Source: Octopus vulgaris
Lineage: Eukaryota
NCBI GenBank assembly: GCA_951406725.2
Contig: OX597817.1
Span: forward strand, 142,476,001 to 142,540,000
DNA length: 64,000 nt
Direction of reading: 5' to 3'
This document shows positions 1 through 13,307 of the stretch, piece by piece. A program made the translations under genes and the position numbers. The notes under the pieces are model-generated. The model was not told the origin of the DNA. It was given only the letters and a program-made list of their open reading frames with translations, and made no database searches. Position 1 is the stretch's first letter. Every line of letters begins with the position of its first letter.

Positions 1-139
1 AATAGTAATCAAAAGGAAAGAAAATGAAAAAAATAGTTGAGGATCTCTTTTTCACAGGGTAAGATAAAGTTTTTGTCTGGTTAAAAAGAAAATAAAAGCT
101 GAAGCGGTTCACGCCAGTTGACGCAGATCCTGGTTCGTT

Positions 140-215
140 AATTGGCTGATTGCAATAGGCTGTTGAGCAACGACCAATCACAGACGTCATTAAAACAACC
201 TGTCAACTTCCGGGT
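140..215. promoter_or_regulatory. Promoter-like motif cluster (two CCAAT boxes, CRE-like site, ETS site)
   Basis: ATTGG 141-145, CCAAT 174-178, GACGTCA 183-189 and ACTTCCGG 206-213 lie within 75 bp of non-repetitive, CpG-containing sequence. No linked gene identified. Confidence 0.35.
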
Positions 216-360
216 TTTAGGGATGAGAGATTCCACGGCGATTATCCATCATCATGGACATTCGTTTACATCCTCTTTCTCTCTCCCTCTCTCTTTCTCT
301 CTATATATCTCTGTATATATACACATTCTTTCATTCTTTATTCTTTTTTTTTCATTTATT

Positions 361-532
361 CTTTTACTTGTTTTAGACATTTGACTGCGGCCTTGCTGGA
401 GCACCGCATTAAATCGAACAAATTGACGCCAGGGCTTATTCTCTGTAAGCCTACTACTTTTTCTGTCAGACTTTTTTTTGCCGAACTGCTAAGTTAGGGA
501 GACGTAAACATAACAACATCGGTTGTCAAGCA
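361..532 (-). mobile_element. SINE family A, 3' half
   Basis: Reverse complement of the family A tail (ggcggtgctccagcatggccgcagtcaaatgactgaaacaagtaaaag), which recurs many times in the window. Confidence 0.8.
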
Positions 533-625
533 ACGTATGTGTGCGGGCGCGTTCGCGCGCGCGCGCACGCGTGTGTGAGTATATGTGTGTGTGTGTCTGC
601 TACATCGTTTGTGTGTGTCTGCTAC

Positions 626-771
626 ATCTGCTACATAAAAACTGAATTTTTAATTATTTTCTGAGATTTTACAAAAACAACAAAAATTTTTTTTTTTTTA
701 TCTGCTACATAAAAAATGTGAATTTTTAATTATTTTCTGAGATTTTACAAAAACAACAAAAATTTTTTTTT
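626..771 (+). repeat. Local tandem duplication, unit about 73 bp
   Basis: atctgctacataaaaa...gaatttttaattattttctgagattttacaaaaacaacaaaaatttttt occurs twice back to back. Confidence 0.85.
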
Positions 772-989
772 ATTTATAGCCATCATATGGCTTGCCATGT
801 AATATGTAGTTTAAACCTTGCCGAAATAAACTATTCTCCACATATCAGGCATTAAAGTGATCTTAGGTCCAACAGAATATCTTTTAGCTATTTAAAACCA
901 ATGAGAAAGGCATTAAAGTCACCGAATCACCTTTACTCTTCTCTATAAAAATGATTTTTGAAGCAAGAAAATATAGCCATCCATAATAT

Positions 990-1058
990 TGTTACTGTTG
1001 TTGTTGTTGTTGCTGCTGCTGTTGTTGTTGTTGTTACTGTTGTTGTTGTTGCTGTTGA

Positions 1059-1118
<60 letters not shown>

Positions 1119-1120
1119 TG
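990..1120. repeat. (GTT)n/(GCT)n trinucleotide microsatellite
   Basis: Direct reading. It explains the poly-V and poly-L ORFs. Confidence 0.95.
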
Positions 1121-1486
1121 GTACTGGTGCGCTTGCTATTGTTTAGTCAAAGGTCAGCCCTGATCAACAAGATTTATGACTAAAAGCTGTCCAGCCGTGA
1201 TCATCTTATATATTTTGTATATCTTAAATTTACATTCGATAACGTAATCTTTTACTATAGAATACAGTATGGCGAAGTCTCAAGGAGATTTTGGTTACTA
1301 TTTTTAGCAAGTTCACTGACCTCCTACAGACTTTTGAATACAATGAAAACGTGTCTGGAGACTTTAACAGAATCCACTTGGCCGTTTCTCTATTTTAAAC
1401 TTAAATCTCATCGGAGCCAACTTTGTTTTCCATTCCTCTGGTAGAAGACAACATTGCTATTGTGATTTACCAAACCACTGGCAACG

Positions 1487-1757
1487 TGGTGGTGGTAGTG
1501 GTGGTGGTGGTGGTGGTGGTGGTGGTGGTGGTGGTAGCGGTAGTGTCAGTAACAGCGATGGTGCTAGTGGTGTTGGTGTTGGTGTTAGAAGCAGCAGTGT
1601 TAGTAGTAGCGGTGGAAGTGGTAGTGGTACAAGTAGTGATGGTGGTGGTGGTGGTGGTGGTGGTGGTGGTGGTGTTAGTAGAAGCGGTGGAGGTGGTGGT
1701 GGTGGTGGTGGTGGTGGGTGTTGTAGTAGTATTAGTGGTGGTGGTGGTGGTGGTGGT
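1487..1757. repeat. (GTG)n/(GTA)n imperfect microsatellite
   Basis: Direct reading. It explains the poly-V and poly-P ORFs. Confidence 0.95.
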
Positions 1758-2004
1758 GCAAGCGGAAGAAGTAATTGATTCTTATAAGACAAGAGAAGTC
1801 GTTGTTGTCCGTGATCGCTTGCCATATGACCGACGTCGAAGGCTGGAGATAATTGTAAGGATGCTGATTATGCGGCAGGGTTTCAATTTCCAGTTTGTTT
1901 GTCTTTTATATAATATTTTACTCAATATAGATACATACTCATAGATATATACACACATATATGAATACACAAACATTTATATGCAAATGCACACAGAATG
2001 TTAT

Positions 2005-2057
<53 letters not shown>

Positions 2058-2154
2058 AACTGTTTCAGGAACTGAAACATGTTATAATGTATATATAAAA
2101 ATTAAAAATTGTATAATATAGCAGCATTTTCGAACTTCATTTTTTACAAATATA

Positions 2155-2185
<31 letters not shown>

Positions 2186-2228
2186 GTATATGTTTATGCT
2201 CACACACAATTACATACACAAATATGCA

Positions 2229-2273
<45 letters not shown>

Positions 2274-2418
2274 GCATATATCTATATGTGTCTGAGTATA
2301 AATATATGTATCTATATAATATGTGTGTCTATATGCATCTATGTAGATGCATCTGTATATGTATATATGTATATATGTATATATACATACACATACACTT
2401 ACACTCACATATGTGCAA

Positions 2419-2483
<65 letters not shown>

Positions 2484-2587
2484 ATGTATGTAAGTACGTA
2501 TATAGGTGTGTTTGTATGTATTGTCTGTATGTATGTATGTATGTATGTATGTATGTATGTATGTATGTATGTATGTATGTATGAATG

Positions 2588-2619
<32 letters not shown>

Positions 2620-3399
2620 GTTGTTGCACTATGGAATCTTTATGTTTCTTATCTCAAAGCAAAGACAACATGGCGTCTTTGTAAGTCCTGATGAAATTTA
2701 ATAATAACTCTCTTGTGATTCTGAAGTCTAAGATTATGGATTCATTCATAGTCGTTCGTGACAATTACATCCATTATTCCTCCATTACCAAATTCCTGTA
2801 ACTGTACTTTGAGCTATTATGATAAAAAATCAAAAAGAATAATATTATATTTTTAACGTGACAATATTTTATTTTATTTAACAAATTTGATATGAAGAAG
2901 AGTGGCAGCGCCAAAAACATCCCTGGGCGCGAAAGTACTGAGATAAGTGTGGCTTTTGTTGACTTAAAACATCTTTAGGCTGTTGTGTATGTGTGAAGAG
3001 AAACGCTAAACGTGAAGTGTAGGATCTGATGTGTGAGACCGTAGGGATAACAGGAGGGGAAAAGAAATATGTGAATCAGATAGACACAAGAGAAGGAAGT
3101 CTGTAGTTAATGATGCTCCGAAGGCTTTATTACAAAAGAAAAAAAAAGGGGAAAGCTGAAGTGCTGTTGTGTAAATGCTTGCTAACCATTGCGATGTTCT
3201 CCTTTTGGGATACGAACTTGGTGGTCAGTTTTTATAGCAGTACATCTGTCGGGTGGTTGTCACTTTACTCTAGAATGTATCTTGTGTCGGCTTTGTAAGA
3301 GGAGAGCAAGTACTAAGTGTAGGAATGGATGGTGACCCTAAAGAAGTGGAGGGTCTAGCTTTGGAGAGGCTGTGATGATATATATGACGTAGGTATCAG

Positions 3400-3478
3400 A
3401 AATGTCTTCTGCTATAGGCTCAGGCCGACCAAAGCCTTGTGAGTGGATTTGGTAGACGGAAACTGAAAGAAGCCCGTC

Positions 3479-3520
<42 letters not shown>

Positions 3521-3683
3521 ATATGTATATGTTTGTGTGTCAGTGTTGGTCCTCCCGTCTTCGCTCAAGAGACCGATAGAATAAGTACTAGGCTTACAAA
3601 GGATAACACCTGGGGTCGATTTGTTCGACTAAAGGCGGTGCTCCAGCATGGCCGCTGCCAAATGACTGAAACTAGTAAAAGAA
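3400..3683 (+). mobile_element. SINE family A, 5'-truncated
   Basis: ggccgaccaaagccttgtgagtggatttggtagacggaaactgaaagaagcccgtcg, then (TA)n, then the family tail. Confidence 0.85.
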
Positions 3684-4568
3684 TAGTGTAAATAGGTATT
3701 TTGTTTGTTTATTTATCATAAATAACAACAAAAAAAACAAGTACATGTGTAAAAAATAAACAATAACTGAATTTGTTGCAAATTTTCACTGTGAGCTCAA
3801 GGTGGAGGTCATGAGGTCATGTCAGGATGGACTCATAGAGCTCAAAGTGTGAACTGTTTTGCTCGAAAAGCTCAATGTACCGCCCAGTCCAAAACGCGTT
3901 TCCACGAAAGTTATAATATCACTGGTGAATATGATGGAACAAGTCTCCGGGAGAACTGGATCTATGGAAACGGGAGTGGTGGATTGTTGTACACGGGAGG
4001 AACGAAAGAGACGTAATGTGATGTAGGAGATGATGTTTAATGTTTCCATCCTGTTTGAAATGCTGGAAGCTGCAGGGATTATTTGTGAGTGTGCGTTTGT
4101 GACAAAGGTTATTCTTTTGAGGAAGGTCATACGATGTTATAAATCTTTATAATACTGGAATATATTCTATAGAGACAGGAATTTTTGTAACGACGGCGCT
4201 AACAGTGGGGCGCACAGTTTAAAGCTAATAAAAGAGACCTCAACAAAAGAGTTTTTTCATTATCCCTCTTCCTCACGACACCCCCCTCTCTCTCTCTCTC
4301 TTAATACGAAGACATTTTGCACCTCGTGACTATATGTATGACAGTGAAAGGGGAGGGATGTAGAGACGATTTAGAAGTCATGTGTAGTACGTGTAGCGTT
4401 GGTGTTGGAAATATAACAGAAAGCAAATAGGAATTAAGTTGAACATGTAAGAGCTAAGGGAAGTAACTCAAGTAGAACAATGCCAGGAATTTAAATAATT
4501 CAGGTGACCAGTGACAACACAGGACAAAGAATGTCCGATATATAGAAATTTGAGTGTTAGAGAAACAT

Positions 4569-4800
4569 ATTTCTTTACTACCCACAAGGGGCTAAACACA
4601 GAGGGAACAAACAAGGACAGACAAACAGATTAAGTCGATTACATCGACCTCAGTACGTAACTGTTACTTATTTAATCGACTCCGATAGGATGAAAGGCAA
4701 AGTCGACCTCGGTGGAATTTGAACACAGAACGTAGCGGCAGACGAAATACCGCTAAGCATTTCGCCCGGTGTGCTAACGTTTCTGCCAGCTCGCCGCCTT
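4569..4800 (-). mobile_element. SINE family B, full length
   Basis: Reverse complement of aaggcggcgagctggcagaa...gttcaaattcc...gcctttcatcct...gtcgattaaataagt...ccccttgtgggtagtaaagaaat. Has A/B-box-like head and a central domain resembling the Meta/Nin-type SINE domain. Confidence 0.85.
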
Positions 4801-5513
4801 ATGTTAGAGAAACATAACCACTAAATTGTTGCGATTAGTAGCCATTCGCAGAGAAAAGGGGAGATAATTAAGAGAGATAAACTTTGTAATACTTTTTTTA
4901 CTTGTAAAACCTCTGTCCTCTTATCAAAAGGAGCTTGAAACGAATATGTTTTCCTGATGACGTTTAATAAAACTGAAGCATGACTGTAGCTGTCTCCTTG
5001 CTAGCTAAGGAAGAGCAGATGTCTTCCCAAAGAGTAGGTGTTACCTCAAATTACAGTAGACTTACCCGTTTGAAAGTGAGATGTCCGACACAAGGACACA
5101 AGGCAACGCCGATGACGTTATATCCTTCAGCTGGCGGCAGTGTGATAACATATCGATCGAATTATTGTGGTAACTACTACAGCATAAGGTGAATCATTGT
5201 ACGACAGCTATAACACACCTGACTTACACATACGCCATCGTATTGGATGATATAATAGCCCGGAAATACTCAGAGTCTGGAGTATATCATTACACTTGTG
5301 TACGTTCTTCTGATTCGGTGAGCATTCTTACTTAAATAATATTTCATCTTTTTCAGTCATCTTCATTGTTTGTATAACATAAACATAATTAGTATTAAGA
5401 TTAGATGTTCTTATAAAGTTCCTGGCACATGGACACACATATACACACATATGGATATATATATCGTTTTTATGGTGTGTGTGTATATATATATACGTAT
5501 GTACGTGTGGGCA

Positions 5514-5553
<40 letters not shown>

Positions 5554-5617
5554 TATATATATATATGTGTATGTATGCATGCATGTCGACACATACATGT
5601 ACATTAATAAATATCTA

Positions 5618-5660
<43 letters not shown>

Positions 5661-5690
5661 GTACATATATATCTATCTATCTATCTATAT

Positions 5691-5739
<49 letters not shown>

Positions 5740-5742
5740 AAA

Positions 5743-5913
5743 GGCGCCGGAGTGGCTGTGTGGTAAGAAACTTGCTTCCCAAGCACGTGGTTCCGGTTTC
5801 AGTCCCACTGCGTGGCACCTTGGGCAAGTATCTTCTATTATAGCTTCGGGCCGACCATGGCTTTGAGAGTGGATTTGAAAGACAGAAACTGAAGGAAGCC
5901 CGTCGTATATATA

Positions 5914-5973
<60 letters not shown>

Positions 5974-6142
5974 TGTACGTATGTATGTATGTATTTGTGT
6001 GCCTGTGTTTGTCCCCGACCATCGCCTGACAACCGATGTTGGGGTTTTTACGTCACACCAAATAAGACCTGGGGTCGATTTGTTCGACTAAAGGCGATGC
6101 CCCAGCATGGCCGCAGTCAAATGACTGAAGCAAGTAAAAGAA
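5743..6142 (+). mobile_element. SINE family A (tRNA-derived head, CORE-like domain, internal (TA)n)
   Basis: A-box-like gtggctgtgtggt, B-box-like ggtttcagtccc, CORE-like ccttgggcaagt, internal microsatellite, tail ending gtaaaagaa. Confidence 0.85.
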
Positions 6143-6671
6143 TACACACACATATACATAAACATGTTATTCATATTTTATTTGTGCGGACGATTCATGG
6201 ATGACATTGACAAAACATTATTTAAAAGTTTATTAAATGAAAAGCAGAAATAACAACCGCGTTTGAAAAATTGCTATTATAACTGTTGACACAATCGGTG
6301 GAGCAACGAATTAAATGCTTTTCTGTGTTTAGTTACGAACTTTGAGATTCTACGTTCTAATTCAGCAGACGTCAATTATGCTTTTCTTCTTTGCAATATA
6401 CTTGGGATCGATTTCATCTAATGAATCTTGTTTATATCGATGCAGGGACGAAGAGAGTTTATTTTCATTATTTAGCAACATAAAAGATCTGCGTTCAAAT
6501 CTCACATAGATCGGAAAAGAAAGCACCAGTTTAATACCAACGATTTTCAATTCTATACAACTAATTAAGTGGGTGGCCGTGACCATATGTTAGATATCGA
6601 TATTGTTTATGGTATACTTTGGGATTACAGAGGACGGTAGTTTGCCCGAGCGTCGAACAAAATGTCGCATG

Positions 6672-6674
<3 letters not shown>

Positions 6675-6704
<30 letters not shown>

Positions 6705-6728
6705 CAAATATACATATATATATGTATG

Positions 6729-6790
<62 letters not shown>

Positions 6791-6794
6791 TGTT

Positions 6795-6827
<33 letters not shown>

Positions 6828-6860
6828 GTACATACATATATATATGTACATATGTACACA

Positions 6861-6891
<31 letters not shown>

Positions 6892-6923
6892 CAACATACA
6901 TATATATATGTACATGTGTATGT

Positions 6924-6969
<46 letters not shown>

Positions 6970-6990
6970 ACATACACATGTACATATATA

Positions 6991-7023
<33 letters not shown>

Positions 7024-7063
7024 GTATGTGTACATACACATGTACATATATATATGTATGTGT

Positions 7064-7114
<51 letters not shown>

Positions 7115-7146
7115 GTACATACATATATATATGTACATGTGTATGT

Positions 7147-7177
<31 letters not shown>

Positions 7178-7201
7178 CATACATATATATATGTTGTGTA
7201 T

Positions 7202-7275
<74 letters not shown>
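6675..7275. repeat. Compound (TA)n array with recurring atgtacatacat/atgtacacacat interruptions
   Basis: Direct reading. The higher-order units recur. Confidence 0.9.
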
Positions 7276-7276
<1 letters not shown>

Positions 7277-7377
7277 ATGTGTACGTATCAATGTATCTAT
7301 GCATCTGTGGGTGTGCGTACATGTGTATGTGTGTGCGTGTGCGCGTGTGTGTGTATGTATGTTTGTATGTATGATGT

Positions 7378-7540
7378 ATTTCTATCGTTTTTCTGTTTCC
7401 TCATCTGTCCTTCCTGTAAAAGAGCGTAGGCTCGAAACGTTAAAGTGTTCTTCCTTTTTTTTGCTGGGCGTCAAATTAATACACCGTGTTTGTTTCTCTT
7501 TTATTTTTTTACCACGTCTTCGTTTTTTTATACTCTCGCA
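7378..7540 (+). mobile_element. Solo Penelope-like 3' end/pLTR fragment with hammerhead-like motif
   Basis: Homologous to the 3' end of the element at 14593-14760. Motif ctgtaaaagagcgtaggctcgaaacgttaaag at about 7414-7445. Confidence 0.7.
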
Positions 7541-7590
<50 letters not shown>

Positions 7591-8029
7591 GCATATGCAC
7601 ACACATATGTATATATTCTTACACATTTTCCCCCTTTCCTACTTTTCTATCAATTCCGATCAACAACGAAAAATATTCCTGGATTTGCAGCTAAGTACAC
7701 AATAACACCTTCCGCCTTACGACCTTTTTATACAACTAACTGCAAACAAACTTCCGCTGATATGTCTAAGAAGATATTAAACAACTGGGCATATACAGGC
7801 TGTTTGCACAAGATGGTCTATTATATTAGCCCGTTCTATGATATTTGTCCAGAACAAAATACACTGACCATTGAACGGCTGGTCATAGAGATGACCAAAA
7901 AACCAATTGGAGAGTGAAGAACAATTACATAAATCACACACATCTGTGCTTTTATTCTTTCTTTTGTTTGTTCCGTTATGGACTTTGGTCCTCTCTCTCT
8001 CTCTCTCCCTCTCTGTCTTTTACTCTTCT

Positions 8030-8322
<293 letters not shown>

Positions 8323-8752
8323 ATATCTGTCTGTCGCCAAATCTTTTTTCTCTGTCTGTCTTCTTCTTACACCATCTTACTTTTTTTTCTTGCTCTGAAC
8401 GCATACAAGTAAAGGGTAACAAACGTACGATTATATATATGCGAATAAAAAATTAAAAACGGCGTAAATCACAGAAATATGAAGAAATACACACACATAC
8501 ACACACGTGTGTAGTGGGACACATGTGCAGACACATGTCCATGTGTGCATATAATGAGTAGAGAAATTGACAAAACAAAGGAAAGTAGAGATTATTTCGT
8601 TGTATGTTTTGCATGTTAACGTCCTTACTCGCTCTCACTGGCATGAATGCACGTTTACGTGTGTGTGTGTGTGTTTACATATTCATTTTTCTGCATAGTT
8701 CCAGCTCGAGGGCTGCAGCCATGCCGGGACGCTGTCGTGTGCGTTGCCCATA

Positions 8753-8815
<63 letters not shown>

Positions 8816-8816
8816 T

Positions 8817-8920
8817 ACCCAGGCGGCTCGGGTTCGATTCCCGGCATGGGAACTTGATTTTTCAATGGCGGTGCCCCAGCATGGCCACAGCTCATGAGTT
8901 GAAACCTGATAAAATAAAAT
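8817..8920 (+). pseudogene. 3' half of a tRNA-Glu-like sequence fused to a SINE/LINE-type tail
   Basis: cccaggcggctcgggttcgattcccggcatgggaa matches the anticodon-stem 3' strand, T arm and acceptor of eukaryotic tRNA-Glu. It is followed by ggcggtgccccagcatggccacagctc...ataaaataaaa. Confidence 0.6.
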
Positions 8921-8966
8921 AAAAAATTTTTTAAAATACATACATACATACATATATATATGTATC

Positions 8967-9002
<36 letters not shown>

Positions 9003-9062
9003 TGTATGTATGTGTGTGTGCGTGCGCGCGTCTGTGTGTTTGTGTTTGTGTGTATGTGTGTG

Positions 9063-9100
<38 letters not shown>

Positions 9101-10027
9101 TTGTGTGTGTGTGTGTGTGTATGTATGTACATTGTAAACAGATAGAGAGTTACACTAAAACATGGCGCTTCTTTAGCCGCAATGCGACCGATTACCAAAA
9201 CGAGAATGAAAGGGGAGTTGCTAAATTTGCTTCAACCTTGAAGAAATTGAAATACTGACCTGTCTACCGAATCAGAGAAGATTAGTTTTATAAAAATTTT
9301 ATATATGTTTATCTCCTACCTTCGCTTGATAATATGAAAGAAACTTCTATCCCAGACCCACCATTTTTACGCCAAAGTTAGTAAAACTTCACTTATCTCA
9401 GTTACAAAGAGATCGATTATAAACTCACAAATTTACTGTAAAATCAAATATATTTACTTTGGTTTCAATCAATTTTAAATTAAACTTCCTTATTTGACGT
9501 TTGTAAATAAACAGTTTCAATAAAATCAATCAAGTCTTTAATTTGTTGTTTGTTTACTATATATGGTGCTCTAGTAGTAGTAACATTCGGCTCAAATATA
9601 AGGTGGATATATTTTCATTACTTTACGTTTCCCGTTCGAATACTGCTGGCTTTGAATTTGTTCTGTTTTGTCTCAGTTCTTCAGAAATATACTTAAAGTA
9701 ATATGATTATAATGCACTGATGTGACACGTAATATCAAAACAGTCTGTCTACAGATATGAAGACATTGAAAGTAAACATTAAAAGTAACTGGAACTAAAC
9801 TGAATATTACCAATCTAAAATATGATATAACTACACAACTAGCAGGAGAGAGTATTTACTAAGAATTGAGCTTATAACAATAATATTCCCACTTGAAAAA
9901 GAGAAAAAGTAGTTTTGTCTTCGCTTCCTCTAAAATTAAAGTTTCATGGAATTTGACTTTCGGTTTTATATCGAAGCCAGTAACCGATGGATAACAAAGC
10001 AGCTAAATATTACTGAATCGGACCATA

Positions 10028-10172
10028 TTCTTTTATTCTTTTATTTCTTTCAGTCATTTGACTGCAGCCATACTGGAGCATCGGTTGTCAAGCGATGGTG
10101 GTGGGGGACAAATACAGACACACAAACATACGCGCCTACACACACACACACACCCACACATATAATATATGT

Positions 10173-10218
<46 letters not shown>

Positions 10219-10385
10219 CGATGGGCCTCTTTCAGTTTCCGTCTAGCAAATCCACTCACAAGGCTTTGATCGGCCCGACCCGAGGCTATAGTAGAAGACA
10301 CTTGCCCAGGGTGCCATACAGTGGGACTGAACCCGGAATCATGTGGTTGGTAAGCAAGCTTCTTACCACACAGCCACTCCTGTGC
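10028..10385 (-). mobile_element. SINE family A, internally deleted
   Basis: Head, CORE-like segment and tail all present in reverse complement. Confidence 0.85.
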
Positions 10386-10425
<40 letters not shown>

Positions 10426-10644
10426 TTTCATGTACTATGCTTTCCTTTCTGAATATTTTTCGTGTGAGTGCATAAAGTATACCTGCAGCAATAACTTAAC
10501 ACAGGCTGCGACAGAAAATAAAATATAAGGCTCTTTTATCCTAAATAGCCATTGGTGCCCACCGTGACATTGATGCTGAAATTTGTATCAAGAGGGTGAA
10601 TGGGAAAGAATTTTTGCCGGACCTTGTAAATGTACACGCAACAT

Positions 10645-10925
10645 GTGGTTAGGTCCTAACCGTTAGGGCTTCCGGCTCACGAGCGTAATGTCGTGAGTTC
10701 AATTTCCGGTGATGCATCGTATCCTTGAGCAAGACACTCTATTTCGCGTTGCTCCGGACTCCTTAGAGAGCAAAAAAATTGTTGTACCTGTAACTGAAAG
10801 GGCCAGCAATATCATTCTATCACATCGAAGGGTAAGCGTATCTGTGTACGTTAATTTTACGAGCAAGTATTTCTGTTCATCGGATCAGCTGGAATATTCA
10901 TCGTAGTAAACGACGGAGAACCAGT
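10645..10925 (+). mobile_element. SINE family D (tRNA head, tccttgagcaagacac domain, tail shared with family C)
   Basis: Related copies at 26325-26640 (-) and 44528-44810 (-). Confidence 0.7.
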
Positions 10926-11503
10926 ATTTGCAACATGGGAATATGACAAACTACTATAATTCGTTTGCTAAGCATTCAATGATACAAACAAGGTACGTCA
11001 AATGATTCTGTCGTATTTGTTAGCACCTCCGACCACGTTGCATCTGACTGAGCAAAATATGACCAAAGAATCTCCAAGCGAAACCAGCGAACATTTAGTC
11101 TTCTCTTCCTAGAAGTACTACCAAGAACTAAATAAACCAATATGTCCTTCCTTTCGAAAACAATAGTTGCATATTCCCATAGAGATTTAGTTACGATTTC
11201 TACAATATCAAGCGGCCAACTAAATGCTCCTTTGTTGGATCGATATGTATGTCGCCTATACACCCTGCAACAAAAACACCGTCTGATGTGAGCCCACAGG
11301 ACCTCTTTCCATATGTAATTATATTTTAGTATTTTGTATGAATTAGTGACAAATAATACCAATTACAGGACTTTGTCTCTTGCTTATAGAATCGTATCAG
11401 AGTACATAATTTGGTTATCAAATATATGAATATATATGGAAAATATTTATAATATATTCATGTATGTATATATTATATATTCATCCGTATGTATGTACAT
11501 ATG

Positions 11504-11568
<65 letters not shown>

Positions 11569-11582
11569 TGTACATATGTATG

Positions 11583-11728
<146 letters not shown>

Positions 11729-12369
11729 TGTGTGTGTATAAGGAAATGATAAATACACACGGACATGTAGTCCCGTCTGTACTTGTGTTTCGTTTAACTA
11801 TAGGTTTTTTCGATTATACAGCTTTATTTTTTATTGTTTATTGCCACAGAAATATAACACACACATACACACACAGACACACACACACACAGAGCAACAT
11901 ACAAGTATGAAAGTGTAGTTACATTTGTTGCACATAATGGAAAATATTTCGTGAATTGCATTTATAAACATTCATAATACGTTTTATATACGCTTTATAT
12001 TCGCATAATTTGATAAGAACTTTATGTATTATACGCCCATAAAAAAGGAGACACCATTTCTGGACGGCATTTATTCCTTTAAAAGTGATATATACATAAA
12101 CAATAAATATGCTCAACGCACACACATACACACACGCACTCGCACACACATACACACACATATAAATACACACATACATCTATACACACACACATACATC
12201 TATACACACACATACGTACGTACATACATGTGTGTCTCTTCACAGCGCACGCGCGTGTGCGGGGTTGTGGGGTGTGCGTCCAGTTTGTACGCGATGATAA
12301 ACTCTGAGTAATTATCATTACGGACTTGAAGTAGGTTTTATTCATCTGTGAGTTACAATGGCCGGCAAA

Positions 12370-12480
12370 GGAGTCACGTGGTCAGTGTTAACCAATCAAA
12401 ATGTGAAGTTCCGTCGCCATCATGTATTGCCACGGTTTTTTTTTTCTCCAACAGTAATATCAGCCAGGGCGGGAAAGCTT
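12370..12480. promoter_or_regulatory. Promoter/enhancer-like motif cluster
   Basis: GTCACGTG E-box 12373-12380, CCAAT 12392-12396, YY1-like CGCCAT 12415-12420 and GGGCGGGAAA 12467-12476 in a CpG-rich patch. Confidence 0.3.
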
Positions 12481-12559
12481 TTGAGAAACAAAATGGTTTG
12501 ACATAAATTTTAACACTCGCACAAGTATGAAGTTTACACACTTCAACGAAGCCACACGC

Positions 12560-12625
<66 letters not shown>

Positions 12626-12792
12626 GTATATATATCAGGTCATCCCATAAGTTCCGTCCGATTTTACCTTTTTTAAAATTGAATGGAATATTTTAAAATG
12701 TCTAATGGAATTAAAAATTGATTTTATGCATTTGTGTACATTTAAACTAATTAAATATTATTTTACAGAATAATAGAATAATAGATCTTGCC

Positions 12793-13307
12793 TATCATCC
12801 TTTGGAGGTCGATAAAGTAAGTACCAGTTGCGTACTAGGGTCAGTCAAATCGACTGGTTCCCTCCCTAATAGTTTCGGGCCTTGTGCCTAGAGTAGAAAA
12901 GAATAAAGGCGGCGAGCTGGCAGAAACGTTAGCAAGCCGGGCGAAATGCTTAGCGGTATTTCGTCTGCCGCTACGTTATGAGTTCAAATTCCGCCGAGGT
13001 TGACTTTGCCTTTCATCCTTCCGGGGTCGATTAAATTAGTACCAGTTACGCACTGAGATCCATATAATCGACTTAATCCGTTTGTCTGTCTTTGTTTGTC
13101 CCCTCTGTGTTTAGCCCCTTGTGGGGAGTAAAGAAATAGGTATTTCGTCTGCCGCTATGTTCTGAGTTCAAATTCCGCCTCGGTCGACTTTGACTTTCAT
13201 CCTCTCGGGGTCGATAAATTAAGTACCAGTTGTGTACTGGGGTCGATCTAATTGACCGGCACCCTTCCCCCACAATTTCGGGTCTTGTGCCTTGAATAGA
13301 AAAGATT
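12793..13307 (+). mobile_element. SINE family B head-to-tail cluster (partial + full + partial)
   Basis: Three successive gcctttcatcct/gtcgataaa/agtaccagtt domains. Full copy at 12906-13137. Confidence 0.85.

Noticed and set aside
3790-4150. Unique, balanced-composition segment with 65-aa and 102-aa ORFs
   Set aside because: No recognisable motif or coherent splice structure in any frame. It could be exonic but I cannot support that.
4950-4990. ctgatga-cgtttaataaaact-gaagcatg as a hammerhead
   Set aside because: GAAG instead of GAAA, no GUH triplet in place and no stem I pairing.
5743-5830. SINE heads as functional tRNA genes
   Set aside because: A/B boxes are present, but there is no complete cloverleaf and the heads run into SINE bodies.
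12633-12790. Possible mariner terminal fragment (tatcaggtcatcccataagtt...)
   Set aside because: It resembles the TIR at 23114, but there is no coding trace or partner end, so it is too short to call.
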